A stretch of 63,995 nt of DNA, counting the filler, from Collodictyon triciliatum (Eukaryota): NCBI GenBank assembly GCA_043381765.1. It is 15 parts of 15 records of this genome, joined end to end, with 100 filler letters (N's around TTAATTAATTAA, not from the genome) between each part and the next. Parts side by side here need not be neighbours in the genome. Positions count along the whole stretch, not along the records: positions 38,518 to 42,691 come from JBHJMP010006418.1; positions 42,792 to 46,965 come from JBHJMP010006419.1; positions 47,066 to 51,238 come from JBHJMP010006420.1; positions 51,339 to 55,509 come from JBHJMP010006421.1; 11 more parts are not named here. The stretch is one strand, 5' to 3'. How positions within the stretch are numbered: the stretch's first letter is position 1; each line of letters opens with the position of its first letter. This document shows positions 38,642 to 51,574 of the stretch, one piece after another. The position numbers and the translations under genes are program-made. Below the pieces are notes generated by a model. The model saw only the letters and a program-made list of their open reading frames with translations. It made no database searches and was not told where the DNA came from.

Positions 38642-38923
38642 GGCACTGTGGACAGCACCGACTGGGATGATGTTGTCATCGCCGCAATTCGCGTGTATGT
38701 GCAAGAGCATGGCGATGAGAAAACAGGAGAAAAGCTGATTGCCAAGCTGGAAGAGGAGCACAGCAAAGTGGTTGGCTACGTTGTCTGCAAAAAGCTGAAG
38801 GCTGCGTATCTCGTGGCTGCCAAATCAAACATCGTGGCAGACATCGAGATGATTCGTGATGAAGCCATCCGCACAAACACATCGAGCGTCATCGACCTCT
38901 GCAACAAATATCTTCAGAAATAA
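38642..38923 (+). CDS. ZFYVE26: Last exon of spastizin (ZFYVE26/SPG15, AP-5 partner)
   Basis: GTVDSTDWDDVVIAAIRVY...KLIAKLEEEHSKVVGYVVCKKLKAAYLVAAKSNIVADIEMIRDEAIRTNTSSVIDLCNKYL closely follows the spastizin C-terminus as I recall it from plant homologues (GTIDDDDWDQVL...LKSAFQIA...VLDMCKQWL). Confidence 0.85.
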   Translation, partial: GTVDSTDWDDVVIAAIRVYVQEHGDEKTGEKLIAKLEEEHSKVVGYVVCKKLKAAYLVAAKSNIVADIEMIRDEAIRTNTSSVIDLCNKYLQK

Positions 38924-38944
38924 ACAACCTCCAAATCAAATGAC

Positions 38945-40657
38945 AAACTGGACGCTTTGCGGGACAACATAAACCGTCAAAAGCTTCGAAAGTGCAAGTA
39001 AAGTCATGATTATTAAAGAGTTGGCAAGTTGCAGCCAGTTCTGATTCAAACGCTGGCGCGAAAAGACCCCGAGTTTCACGGAAGTCTAGGAAGACCCGTG
39101 CAAAGAAGCCGCCTGCGAGTCTGTCTGAGCGGACAGTATTCTTTCAATGTGTCGAGCAAGTCACTTATAACAAGAACAAGGCCCGCAGGCTCACAGACGC
39201 GCTCGTCTCCTTCTTGAAAGCGAACAAACTTTGGGAAGAGTCCATCCAATTGCACTTACCAGACAGCGGAGGCCTTTGCCTGATCGCCTTCTGCACTGCA
39301 GAGAACGCCCGAAAGCTTCTGGGGCTGAAGCAGGTAAGTTTGAATCGATATTAGACGAACAGCTTCAGCAGAAGTAAACCAACAGAGACCTCGGTGATGC
39401 TCTACCAACTATCGCTGGACGTGTGGTCGCAACTCCTTCGTGAGGAGCTGAAGCTGTTCAAACCGACCCACGTGGAGATCAAAGAGGACAAAGGCTTCTT
39501 CACAGACACGGGGTGGTGAAGCTTCTTTGTCACAAGAACCAGCTCCCTGCAAAGTTTACGGTCATGGGCAAAAAGTGTCCGAAGCGCATCCTCAAAGAGC
39601 GTTCGCCAGCCGCGAACAACGAACGACAAGCAAAAGCTGAAAAAGAATACACCCGCCAAGCAGACAAGCAGCAACGAGGTCAAGGAAGCCAATGCCAGGC
39701 AACAACAGAGTCCGCAAGACTCACAGCAGATACGCGCATACAGCGACAGCGACGACGACATGGAAGGAAGTCTCGGTTCCTCTTCGGAATCCTCGCACTC
39801 GAGCCATCCATCGCCAACACCGGGCAAGCCCGCACACCGCAAGACCCAAGAGCAGCACATCTCCAAAACCCGAAAGAAATCCCCCTTAAACTACCCATTC
39901 AAACCGACGTGAATATGGTTAATACAGGAGGCCTCAAGGCAGTCATCGTTACTTATCCGAAAGGATATTCCAAAGCAAAGGCAACACAAGAACCAGTGCC
40001 CACCAAAGTTAGTCCGTTTATCCTGCCCCAGCCCGTCGCACCAAGAACCAAGGAGCAAGACCAAACAGCACAAGTCGAATCCAAGCTTGAAACTTCACAC
40101 ACCAAAGACAGTCCGAGCAAGCAGGAGCGTATGTTTCTAAAACCACGAACGCGTATCCATACTCCGGTTAAGCAAAGTCCACTGCCGGCTACACATGGTT
40201 CCGAAACCAGGGGACGGTCAAGCGCCACTTCCGCTAATACCAGACAAACAACGATATATCGATTTTTGTCGGAGTCGCCCAGCAAGAAAAGCAAGGAAAG
40301 CGACCCGTTGTTCCCTCAAAAGACTCACCCAGTGGAATGAAATAGGATGTAAATCTTGTCTGAGATAAACGGTTAAGAGGACTCGTCGGAATCGATTTTA
40401 GAAGTAACTGCCATGTGCGTACTTTCATCGACCCGGCAACTTTATCCGCTCTTCTGTCAGTCTCGGACATAACCAGAAATCGCGTTGGAGCTGATTCACC
40501 TGGGTAGAATTGTCTGCGTGTGAGAACCCTCCTCTCTTTTTCAATCTTGTTTTTTCTTTCTTTTTTTCTTTCACCAAAACACAAATACTATAACCCCACA
40601 ATCCGAGGTTTTCCACTTTCTCATGCACAGCTCGTGATTGTCCAACGAAAAAAAAAA
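38945..40657 (+). mobile_element. Decayed non-LTR element carrying an L1/Tx1-type ORF1 only (HAL1-like)
   Basis: Frame from ~39016: ...RTVFFQ...GLCLIAFCTAENARKLL...*...TSVMLYQLSLDVWSQLLREELKLF...KGFFTDTG/VVKLLCHKNQLPAKFTVMGK, a tandem-RRM ORF1 pattern with one stop and a frameshift. A basic low-complexity region follows, then the C-terminal peptide shared with 29965 (stop 40505-40507) and A10 at 40648-40657. Candidate TSD AAATGAC at 38938-38944 and 40655-40661. Confidence 0.7.
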
Positions 40658-40951
40658 TGACGGCTTCCTTGACATTATTTTGTCTCGATTAAACCCAAGA
40701 AACAAATATAACGAGTATTTGGAGAGGAAAAATAAATAGATACTTTGAGCATTTAAGTTAATCAATTAAAGATATTGTTGATTCAACAGAATATAAAGTA
40801 TATTCTCATAGTTGAATCTTTCAATAAAAAGCAGCACAAAATGCAACTAGTTGTGATTATTAAGTGATTTGATTTTATTCCAGCCAGACTATTGGGACTC
40901 TCTTTTTCTCTTTCAAGATTTTTTTTCTCAAACGTTCTGTTCCGCACATTC

Positions 40952-42329
40952 TCATTCGCCAGCGTCAAACATTTGAACACGCTGATTATAAAAGTCACAA
41001 ATATAGAGTTTCTGATTCGGTCCAAAACATATTCCCATCGGACCATTAAAGCGTCCATCATTTGATGATGATTGTTAAGATGTGCCGAATGTGTGAACCA
41101 CAAAGTTGTCTTTTGTCGAGTCGTAAACGCGAATGAGATGATTTCCGAAGTCACTCACCACAATCGTGCTGTTCAGACCTTCTGCAATCGAAACATGACT
41201 CGGCACTTTGTCAACTTCACTGTGCGTAAAAATCCTCCCAATCACATCTTAAACGTTGATTTTGTCTCCACCGTTCTCAATCACACGCACTTCATTCTTT
41301 GCAGTCAAACAAATGCCCTTGATTTGTGATTCCTTCATCACCAGAAGATGACTCTGCAAACGAATATTCGTGCTCAAACACTCGGTTGGCTTATCCACTT
41401 GATTTTGCCACGGTCTGCATCACAAAGACTGCCTTCTCTATCAAAGCACATGTTGTGTGGATTAGAGAATCCACCAAAATCAGTCATAGATGTGCTTTGT
41501 GTGCTTCCTTTGCGACCCGATTGGGTTGTCTCAATCACATCAAAGTTATTGTCAAATATTTGCACACGATTTGAAATGTATTCACTGACGGCGATGTGTC
41601 CATCAAGTGGAATGGATTCCCATTGGACAACTGAATCGACCAGAGCCTGAACCATACATGCCGAACGTGCGAGAAAGGCTCAAATTCTCGTTCAGCACTT
41701 GAACACGATTATTGTTATGTTCAACAACGAATATCTGCTTTGTCTTTGGGTGAACTGTAATTCCCCACGGATAATGAAAGTGCTAATTTCCTCTTCCATT
41801 AGACCCGACCTTATTCTGAAAAAACATAATCTCTGATGCTGCATCTCCACACTTTCTGACATAAGTCCAAACCCATTATCTTCTTCAATTCCTTCTTGGC
41901 CTTTAACTTCTCTTCCTCGGCGTTCACGATTCATTCCTTCTCAATCTGATACCCAATACTCCGCCTTCTATTCTCTCATCTGCTTGTCTCTCTCCTTCAT
42001 ACATCCCTGCCACTCTGCGTTTTCCCTTCGCAGCTTTTCTAACTCCGACTCTCACCTTGCATGGATTTGCTTCACCCATGCAATCCACACTCTCCAATCA
42101 TGAGATAGCCCTCAACCTCGATACGTGCTTTCAGTTGCCGCACATCTACAACAACAAACTCTTCCATCTTCACTTCCATCTGAATGGCTGCCCGTGCAAA
42201 CATCGCACTTATAAAAATCTTGGTCACAATACCGTCATGCTCGTAGATTACATTCGACTCCTTCAGCATCGTAATTGAGTGCTTCAGAATCTTCTCTGTT
42301 GTCTCCATTTTGTGCTACGCATACTCCAT
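40952..42329 (-). pseudogene. Intronless coiled-coil + NHL-repeat pseudogene
   Basis: NHL repeats are scattered over frames with stops: IFVVEHNNNRVQVL, GRFSCPMGI/DGHIAVSEYISNRVQIFD, FSNPHNMCFD, IVVSDFGNHLIRVYD, GRFNGPMGICFGPNQKLYICDFYNQRVQMF. Confidence 0.85.
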
Positions 42330-42791
42330 TTTGTTGCTTGCTGGTTGTAGGTTTACCTTTACCTGTTTTGATTAAGAAAAATGGAACACTTTGAAATGTG
42401 ACCTTATTTTGTTGACATTTATGTTCTCTTTAAACAACACTAAAATATGCATGACAACGAAGATGTGCTGGTTGCGGTTTCTTTCAGCTTCTATCTTAGC
42501 TGCTGCGCCTTCTGAACAATATCCTCATACAAGTTCTCGATGTTTGAATTCTGCTCTTGTTCCTCATCATACATCTAATTATAAAAGTTTTTTTATTAGC
42601 AATCAAACGGTTGAATTATTTAGTAAGCGTATACATCTCATATAATGATGCGAGTATAACCTTATTCATCTCGATGTCGACTTTCGCCTTGNNNNNNNNN
42701 NNNNNNNNNNNNNNNNNNNNNNNNNNNNNNNNNNNTTAATTAATTAANNNNNNNNNNNNNNNNNNNNNNNNNNNNNNNNNNNNNNNNNNNN

Positions 42792-43122
42792 GGCTGTCAA
42801 AGAGAAGCTCATCTCCTTGCTCAACGAGAAATCCAGCGAATTCAAGAAAAAAAGCAACATAGAGAGAAGGACACTCGAACGAGAAAGAGACGTTCTCATG
42901 TCAACCTCTATAAAACCCTCATCATGGAGCGAAGGACGTAAAAAGAAAATCGTATCGGTCGAAGACAATCTGATTGCACAGCTATCGGAGGACATCGAAG
43001 CTGAAAGAAGATAATGGGAATCACGACACATCAGGTACTACGAGCAAATCGACCAATTATTTTCTCTCATTTTTCACAACTATGCGACCGAAGAACTAGT
43101 AAGATACCTTGCTCTATTATGC
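42792..43122 (+). pseudogene. Coding-like fragment interrupted by an in-frame TAA (gene 3' end or remnant)
   Basis: AVKEKLISLLNEK...EDIEAERR*WESRHIRYYEQIDQLFSLIFHNYATEELVRYLALL. No family recognised. Confidence 0.3.
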
Positions 43123-43768
43123 GTAAGTTTTTTTTTCCTTTATTCGATTCAATATTTTGCGTAAGTTAGCAGAAGTAATTCCTTAGGAACTAAACATGAG
43201 GTCATATTGGCATAAATAATTCGAATGAGTAGTGTCATATATGCTAACTATTTCTTTTGAGGCCGATATCTATGTATTATCTGACTAGATTATATTCTTT
43301 GAGTTAGAAATGATACATTCGGATACGTATTATTACAAGCAGGTACTCTGGTGTGTATTATTCTCCTTCTGCTAGGTATCAAAGACTTCTCATTTGAAAA
43401 AAAATAAGCAAGTTTAATTTGGCGTTACTAAATATGTGTATACTTTGTTCTGTTGATCAAGTGATTCATAAAAGGAAAAGGGATATGCTTTCAATTCAAA
43501 TCATGCATGCTGACAAACAATTTTAGTCAACATAAAAAAACATTCAGATAATCTTGTGCTCTGATAGCTTGTCAAAATTTTGATTTCCATTTAGATTAAC
43601 TACCCGCTAACAGATACACATGCAGACCAGACAGAGATTCGCGTTTAGCGTAAGGCTTTTCATGATTATGAGGTTGACCTGTAATTCAGAACAGAAACAA
43701 AGAACCGGTTCGACTTGTTTATTTTTTGTTTATTCTGTGCACGATGCTGACCATATTTCGAACAACTC

Positions 43769-44803
43769 TTAATCCAACCTCCAAATTTTGATGGATTTAT
43801 CATCGCCTCCAGAAACAATTTTTTGGCCGTCGGAGCTGAATGTCAGTGTTCTAATATTCCCAGTATGACTGGCCAGCGTGCGAATCAACTTTCCGTCAGA
43901 TAGGTTCCACAATTTAATACTGTCATCCCAACCTCCAGAAACAACCATAGAACTGTCAGGGCTCGTAGAAACAGTCCTAACCCAATCTGTATGACCAACG
44001 ATAGTTCGTACTGAGCTACCGTCTGAGATGCTCCAAAGTCTAATTGTTTTGTCATCACTCCCTGAGATAATTCTAGAGTTATCACTGGTCACAGCAACAG
44101 TTAAGACCCAATCGGAGTGCCCATTTAAAGTGCGAAGAATGGTGCCATCAGATAGGCTCCATATTTTGATAGATGAGTCGTAGCTTCCAGACACAATTTT
44201 CAAACCATCAGGAGTAACAGTCACAGAATAAACGGGATAAGTATGACCATTCAACGTCCGAATCAAACCCCCTTCAACTAGACCCCATATCTTGATCGTA
44301 TTATCCCAACTGCCCGATACGATTATTAAGCCGTCTGGCGCCACAGCGACACTGCAAACGCTATTTGTGTGGCCACTCAATGTCAAGAGTGTATTACCTT
44401 CTGTAATATCCCATATTTTAACTGTATTATCGGCGCTTCCTGACACAACATTCGAACCATCAGGTGTTATACTCACACTGTAAACCGCACCAGTATGGCC
44501 ATCCAATGTGTTGATTGTATGCCCATTAGAGGTGCTCCAAATTTTGACCGTCCTGTCATCACTCCCAGAAACTACTTTGGTACCATCCGCTGTGATAGCA
44601 ACGCTATGAACGCTGCCAGTATGCCCTTTTAATGTATGAAGGAGAAACTCTTTTCCATTTGCTCCGTATTGCTGTCCTAAGATGACTGCACATACAAAAA
44701 TATCACTGAAATGTCACCCATGATATTCATTATGTTTTTTTTTTAAAAAAAAAATACCTAGAAGCATGAAAATGAAAAGGCACGCGGCTTTTGGAAAGAT
44801 CAT
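43769..44803 (-). CDS. Seven-bladed WD40-repeat protein with an N-terminal signal peptide/anchor (intron 44706-44757)
   Basis: MIFPKAACLFIFMLL|VIFLYVAVILG-QQYG..., then seven 42-aa repeats of the form LxGHTxxVxSVxxTPDGxxIVSGSxDxTIKIW. Confidence 0.92.
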
Positions 44804-46877
44804 CGAGGAAAACTATTGATAATTTATGGTGTGAACAGCCAGTATTTATTAAAACATGTACGTTTATACACAAAGGATGCGGTTGTGCATGCCTCGCTGC
44901 TTGTGCGGTTAATATCCATTTTAATTGATTTATTTACATTACATTTCGCACTCATGCATTTGAATAAGCAAAGGACAAAAAAGTATCAAAATTTTATTAA
45001 AAATATATTATAAAATCTGTCATTCAGGATACCATGTTCCCCAACTACCACTCTCCTCCCAAAAAAAATCAAATGAAATAATGAATGATAATTGATAATT
45101 ACTTAAGAATTGTATAAGAGTCAAAGTAATAGGAGATGACACACCAAAAAAATATTAAATATCTTGTGGAAAAACTTGTTTCTGTAGCTCATACAACAAA
45201 TCAATTGCATTGCATATGAGGTTGTGTCTATGTCAGAATGGCATATTCAAGGTGAAAAAGGATATTAGATGGAAATTAAATTCATTTGGATTCTATTTAT
45301 CAAGCAGACGAGAATAATACCTCGGTAGGATATATAGGCAGTATGGCAATATCTGTATATTTTTGATCCAGAAATTAATCTTGCTCGAAAATAAAGACAT
45401 AAGTTGAACTTATCTTCATATAATTGTTAAAGTTGTGTCATTGAAGGATAATGCACCATAAAGTCCTATAGATTAGGTCATCCGAATTTATTAATTTCGA
45501 ATTTAATATGCCCAGAGGTAGCAAAAGGTGCAATTTTCAGAGATATGGGCAAGTTAAACTAAATAATTTCTAAGTAACAAAAAGTTGCTTCATGACAGAG
45601 AACACATAAACGAACCTCTTCATATTGAATAAACAGTAAGGAACGAGAATCAAAAAGAATGTATTCAATGATGAGAAAGAGTGGTTGCAGTGGTGCGATT
45701 CTTTGCATAAAAATAATGCATGACCATGAATGATATTGGTGATTGTATAAATGATGTTTTCGGTACATTGTCTATGATAGGCATAACCTATTGACAGTGA
45801 ACCATACAGTATTTCGATGATATTTATATCATACTTTTTATCATGGAGGGATGAACCAATTCCGTAAACGATTCCATATAAACTCGCGAATGGATAACCA
45901 TAGAAAATATTATTTTGGCATATGTTTCTATGACTGATTTTCAACGAGCTAGGGTATCGTAACCATTCTTAACAAAAAAAAAATATATATAATACTTTCA
46001 TCGCTGTTTTTTTTTTTTTTTGTAATATATAGATGATTATAATGCATCGGCCACAATAAATCTCGATGTGGCAATTTGCATTCCCCTCTTTCTTTTTTCT
46101 TTTTCTTTCTTTTTCTTTCTTTTTCTTTCTTTTTCTTTCTTTTTATTTCTTTTTCTTTCTTTTTCTTTCTTTTTCTTTCTTTTTCTTTCTTTTTCTTTCT
46201 TTTTCTTTCTTTTTCTTTCTTTTTCTTTCTTTTTCTTTCTTTTTCTTTTTCCTTTTTCCTTTTTCCTTTTTCCTTTTTCCTTTTCTTCACAGCCAGAATA
46301 ACCTCCCCATGATATCAAGACAGAAGCTTTACCATGGCTCGTGTTAAATACAAGGTCCACTAGACCAGATGTCAATAAAATCATTGTGAGCTAATCCCAA
46401 TCCACCTCAGTATCTAGTGGGTCGTACCAAACAGCAGGGCATATGCTTTTGCTGTGTTCTTCGTGTTTTCCCTTCGACTGCGCATCAGGGTGTCTCGAGT
46501 TTCTTGTCTAATTGATTATGGTCGGCTTATGAGGTGTGTTTTTCAAAACGGTTCACACGATAGGTTTCTGGGAATTGTTCTATGAGAGACGCTGCGGGTT
46601 GTGCTGTCCCTGTGTGCTGGTGTTGCTCCAATTAAGAGTGTACTTTGATCGCTCTGATCGTCAAGAGCATTTGAATAAAAGCGCCTAATTACATTAACAG
46701 GTCTGAGATGAATGCTTTTTTCTGTTCGCAGTCAGCTTAGTGCAAACAAGTTTTTTTTTGTTTTTTTTTTGTTTTTGTTCTCTTCGTTCTCTTTGTTTTC
46801 TCTGTTGTTTTGTTATTTTGTTTTCGTTATTTTGTTTTTGGTTTTTTGGTTTTTTTTTGTTATTTTGTTTTTTTTTT

Positions 46878-46965
<88 letters not shown>

Positions 46966-47153
46966 NNNNNNNNNNNNNNNNNNNNNNNNNNNNNNNNNNN
47001 NNNNNNNNNTTAATTAATTAANNNNNNNNNNNNNNNNNNNNNNNNNNNNNNNNNNNNNNNNNNNNTTTCTCTTTCTCTTTCTCTTTCTCTTTCTCTTTCT
47101 CTTTCTCTTTCTCTTTCTCTTTCTCTTTCTCTTTCTCTTTCTCTTTCTCTTTC

Positions 47154-47218
<65 letters not shown>

Positions 47219-47388
47219 TTTCTCTTTTGGTTTCCTTTCTGTATTTTCTCTTTGTTTCTTTCTTCTTTCTCTTTTGGTTTCCTTTCTGTATTTTCTCTTT
47301 CTTTCTTTCTCGCTCCCTCCGTTTGCGATTCCTTCCCTGGGCGTTGTGTGCATTATTCTCCCGAGACTTCTCCGTTCTCCGTGGCGCA

Positions 47389-47452
47389 GGGAGAACCCTG
47401 CGTGATTGAGGCCACCCAGCAGGATGTGGTCATGAGGTTTGGCATTAAATAA
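47389..47452 (+). CDS. Possible terminal exon of an unidentified gene
   Basis: After ...GGCGCAG: GEPCVIEATQQDVVMRFGIK*. Upstream exons lie beyond the contig break. Confidence 0.25.
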
Positions 47453-47762
47453 CCCTGGATAAGCGGGTGCCTTCGTGTTTGCCACCTTGTGTTTACATAA
47501 TTCCTTGAATACAGCACAATAACAGGCATAATGGACGGAATAAGTACTTACATGCTATGCACAAGTCCATCTTTGAGACGCAATATGACGCATGAGTACT
47601 GATATGACAAGAGTAACAATCAAATAAAATGATAAAATATTTGAATCCCACAAATGGTATAAAGTCAACTGGGGAATCGTCGACCCACAATAATAATTGG
47701 CGGTGGCGCTGAGCAAGGGTGCGCCTGGGGCAAGGTCGGAGTTTGGGGCTTTGTCTGGTTTA

Positions 47763-50100
47763 TTATGCATTCTTTATCTTGACCTGGTCTTCACCTTTCA
47801 AAAGCCCAAACATGGTGGCATGAAGAAGAATCCAGTAAAAAAGAAAGTTTACAAAGGCAAATGCGGCGATCAGATATGGGAAGATGTCGGGATATCGTTG
47901 GGGCGGAGTTATGTTGAAGTGGCAGAGACAGAGGCAGATAAACACAACGATCGATACCTTTGCGATATGTATGATGATGTTTTAGGTTTGATTTCCATAA
48001 CTTCAGATTATTTTTTTCAATATGCCGTTAAAAATATAATCAAATATATTCATATGCATATGAACCATCGTTAAGTCCATCTTCTTGAATATCATACAAA
48101 TACAACATCAAACGGGTCATTTTTCCCTACGTCTCCCTAACATAATTCATCATCTTCCCTACTTTTCAAACTAAAAGAAAAAATTATTGGTAAAATACTT
48201 TTACCTTATGCCACAGTACGAAAACAGGGTGTGGAGTATTATCAAATATCCTCGTGAAAATTAGGTTGTACAAGATACTAACAGAAATAAATGGAATCAA
48301 CAGCCCATCTTTCAGTAGCAGTGGAAACAAAGAAAACATGGATGCATTCAGAATCCAGCATGGAATGCGTTTGTCACCATGCACAAATAGCATACTGATA
48401 GGTAAAAGAGGATACAAAATGGTCTTTTCATGAACATGATACGAGAACAGGAAAAATGACAGAGAACATGAGGACAAGGATAAAAAGAATGAGGCCGCTG
48501 ATTGCTTCCGAAAGGCTTCCACACACGACGGCAAAATTGATATAATCGTAATCAAAGCACTATAGTTATTAACTGTTAGCAATTATTTTTTTTTAAAAAA
48601 AATCCAATTAAGGCCACTCATCTAATGATGGCGGATTAATTCACTGACCAAAGCATAACTTGGCTCTCTGTCGTCAAATGTGTCCTAGTTTTTATGAAAG
48701 GATCCATGGCGCACCAGAAGTTTGCTACCTTGTCCTCAAATAGCCCACGGTTAACTGGAAACATGCGATTTAGGGCATCAAAAAGACTCCCAGAGTAGAA
48801 AAGATACGGCCCCCACGATGTTAAAAGACCAAAAAGAACGCCGCTGGCGGCGTTGAATATAACCCACAGGCGTGTCCTTTGTATTATGTTGGTATACTTC
48901 AGTGACTATGCCGACTTTTCATCATTATATTGGGATTCTCAGAGACCCCAATAGAAAAAGGCAGCTGAATCACATTAATGCATTGTCCATGTTTAAATAA
49001 ATATTACCACAAATATTCATGCTTCCAAGCAGCTCCGAGGATGTGGAAAAAAACTATGGGGATATAATATATCCCCATAATTTTAAAATGTACTGACCAT
49101 ACGATAAGAGCTGAGCCAAGAAAGTACTGCTTCAAAACTATTGCCACAAACCCCCAGAGTGCCAGTGCAAGCCCAACCCCATTATACCTGTAATAGAATG
49201 AAACGCGAATAAATTGGCAAAACAAAAGGCTAAATATATATATAAATAAGCATTTCATCCAATTATTACTGGAAATGGCCGTGGTCGATAAGAAGTAAAG
49301 CAGGCTGGAGCCCAATCAAAAGTAACCCTTTCCACTGAAGAGATAAGATTCCCCCGTGTGATGTGCGTTAGTATTTGAGGGGAAAAATCGCCATATCTTA
49401 CAACACACATTAGTGGATCAGATATCCCATCATATATGTGCATACAAAAATATACCAGCATCCGAGCGCATAGGGAATAAAAGAATAAGATAAAAGAATA
49501 AGATAAAAGAATAAGATAAAAGAATAAGATAAAAAAAAAGATAAAAGAATAAAAAAGAATAAGAAAAGACCAAAATGATGGAATTGATAAAGGATGTATA
49601 TAATATAAAAGACAAATATACGGAATACATATAATACAAAGACTTTGCAGCGAACCTCTTCTCCTCTCTTAAAAATCTTGCAAAATGAATAAAGGGCTGG
49701 CAGAAAAATGAGCAAATCCATGACTATGACGGAGTTTCTCATGAATGCCTATTTTCAAGATATGAACACAATTTCATATCAATTTACTAGTCGAGTATGT
49801 TGGATACATTTTAAAAAATATAGCTTAAATTTGGTTCATGGATCGGAGCAATATGCCAATTATGACGACGAGCATGTAATACTTTTGACGAGTCATTCAT
49901 ATATCCTCGGGATGAGTGAAGAGCAACCATATCAGGTTCATAAAAATGGGCTCTAGATCAAGTTCTATAATTTACTAAGGTAACCCTATTTGAGGAAGAG
50001 ATAGACAAAAACAAACCTTCGCAAGAAATCAACGACCGGTTTAAATTGTAAATTCAACAGAGCATATCGATGCATAAGAAGGCAGAGGTGGGAAAAATAA

Positions 50101-50195
<95 letters not shown>

Positions 50196-50527
50196 ATGTA
50201 AAAGCATAGTTAGACGTACAGCCAGCCGAGAGCCCAGCTATGATATGCTGTCAAAGGAGGATAGTCTAATCCCCAGTAGAGCAGATCATTGTCTGTGGTG
50301 TTCCGATACCAGTCTCGTGGCGGAAGGCTACGTGTGATCTCCAGCCAATGTCTCTGGGCCTCATAGTCCCCATACAAAGGTGGCTGATTCATGCCCGAAT
50401 GCGAGGCAAGGCCGACGGCCGACCGAACCAGAACGTTGACCATAGTCACAAAGGCCAGCCATTCTGTGGAGTTGAACAACTGCGACAGGAAATCGCCGGG
50501 TTTTTTTTCCCTGGCTCGCTCCTGCAT
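47763..50527 (-). CDS. ALG6: Dolichyl-P-Glc:Man9GlcNAc2-PP-dolichol alpha-1,3-glucosyltransferase, multi-exon
   Basis: PPLYGDYEAQRHWLEIT, YWGLDYPPLTAYHSW, LIDHGHFQYN, RMFPVNRGLFEDKVANFWC, FFLFSYHVHEKTIL, PPQRYPD, and a C-terminal KIKNA* (KxKxx ER-retrieval signal). Confidence 0.96.
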
Positions 50528-51195
50528 CAACCTTTTTTCCTTAGTGGACTACCTAGGTGTAATTTACATCGTGTTCAGCCCCCTCACTGCTATACAATTA
50601 TCGAATACAGACCTTTTCTCTTATTGGCGCACAGCAGATCTAACGATGAAAAAAAAAGAAAAGAAAAGATATAGATATAGATATCTTAGTCCTTATATTA
50701 TTTCCCCCTTGCGTTCTTTTTTCTTTCTTTCGTTGTGGTGCGAAGAAAAAGGCATGGGGCCTCTGAGGCTAACATGCTGATGGTTTGCTTCGTTACCAGA
50801 TGTTTAAGCTAAAAGAATGTTGTATCCGAAAACCTTTCGGTTTATCCGAGTGTGCTGCGTTGGACTCGAGGGTGCATTTTTACAGATGATATATTTGCAA
50901 TTGATGGGAATGGCGGAGGGAAATGAAAGAGTGAGAGAGGGAAATAGAGAGAGGGAGGGAGATCGAGAGAGCGCGAGTAAGAAGAACAGGCCGTATGTGC
51001 GTGAAAGGGGAATGCAAAAGTTGTTTGATCGATTCATTCCTTTGGCCATTGTGGCTTATTGTATGCCCAAGAACTAAGATGGTATGACACACACGGCTGG
51101 ACAAGGGAGCACAAATTTGCTTATTAAAGCTTGTATATGGCACTTGAAGTTCGTTTGTTGACGCAATTGATTGCCCTGGTGCTTCTTGGTTTTTT

Positions 51196-51229
<34 letters not shown>

Positions 51230-51574
51230 TCTCTTTTCNNNNNNNNNNNNNNNNNNNNNNNNNNNNNNNNNNNNNNNNNNNNTTAATTAATTAANNNNNN
51301 NNNNNNNNNNNNNNNNNNNNNNNNNNNNNNNNNNNNNNTTTATGTTTTTTTATGTTTTTTTATGTTTTTTTATGTTTTTTTATGTTTTTTTATGTTTTTT
51401 ATGTTTTTTATGTTTATTTATGTTTTTTATGTTTATTTATGTTTTTTATATTTTTATATATTTTTTTATGTATTTTCCATTAAATTACTCGCCTTCTAAG
51501 TGTGATTCTCTTGATCATATTATGTCGAAAAGTCTGCTACAAGTCTAGACGACTTACTATTTCACATATATGAA

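Noticed and set aside
40401-40507. Highly conserved ~100-nt block shared with 29965, considered as a ribozyme or 5.8S-like fragment
   Set aside because: No complete hammerhead, HDV or rRNA pattern. Both copies keep one open frame ending in a stop at about the same place, so it is better explained as the ORF1 C-terminus.
45300-46390. Coding-like minus-strand segments (e.g. ORF 45570-45944)
   Set aside because: I could not build a consistent spliced model or recognise a family.
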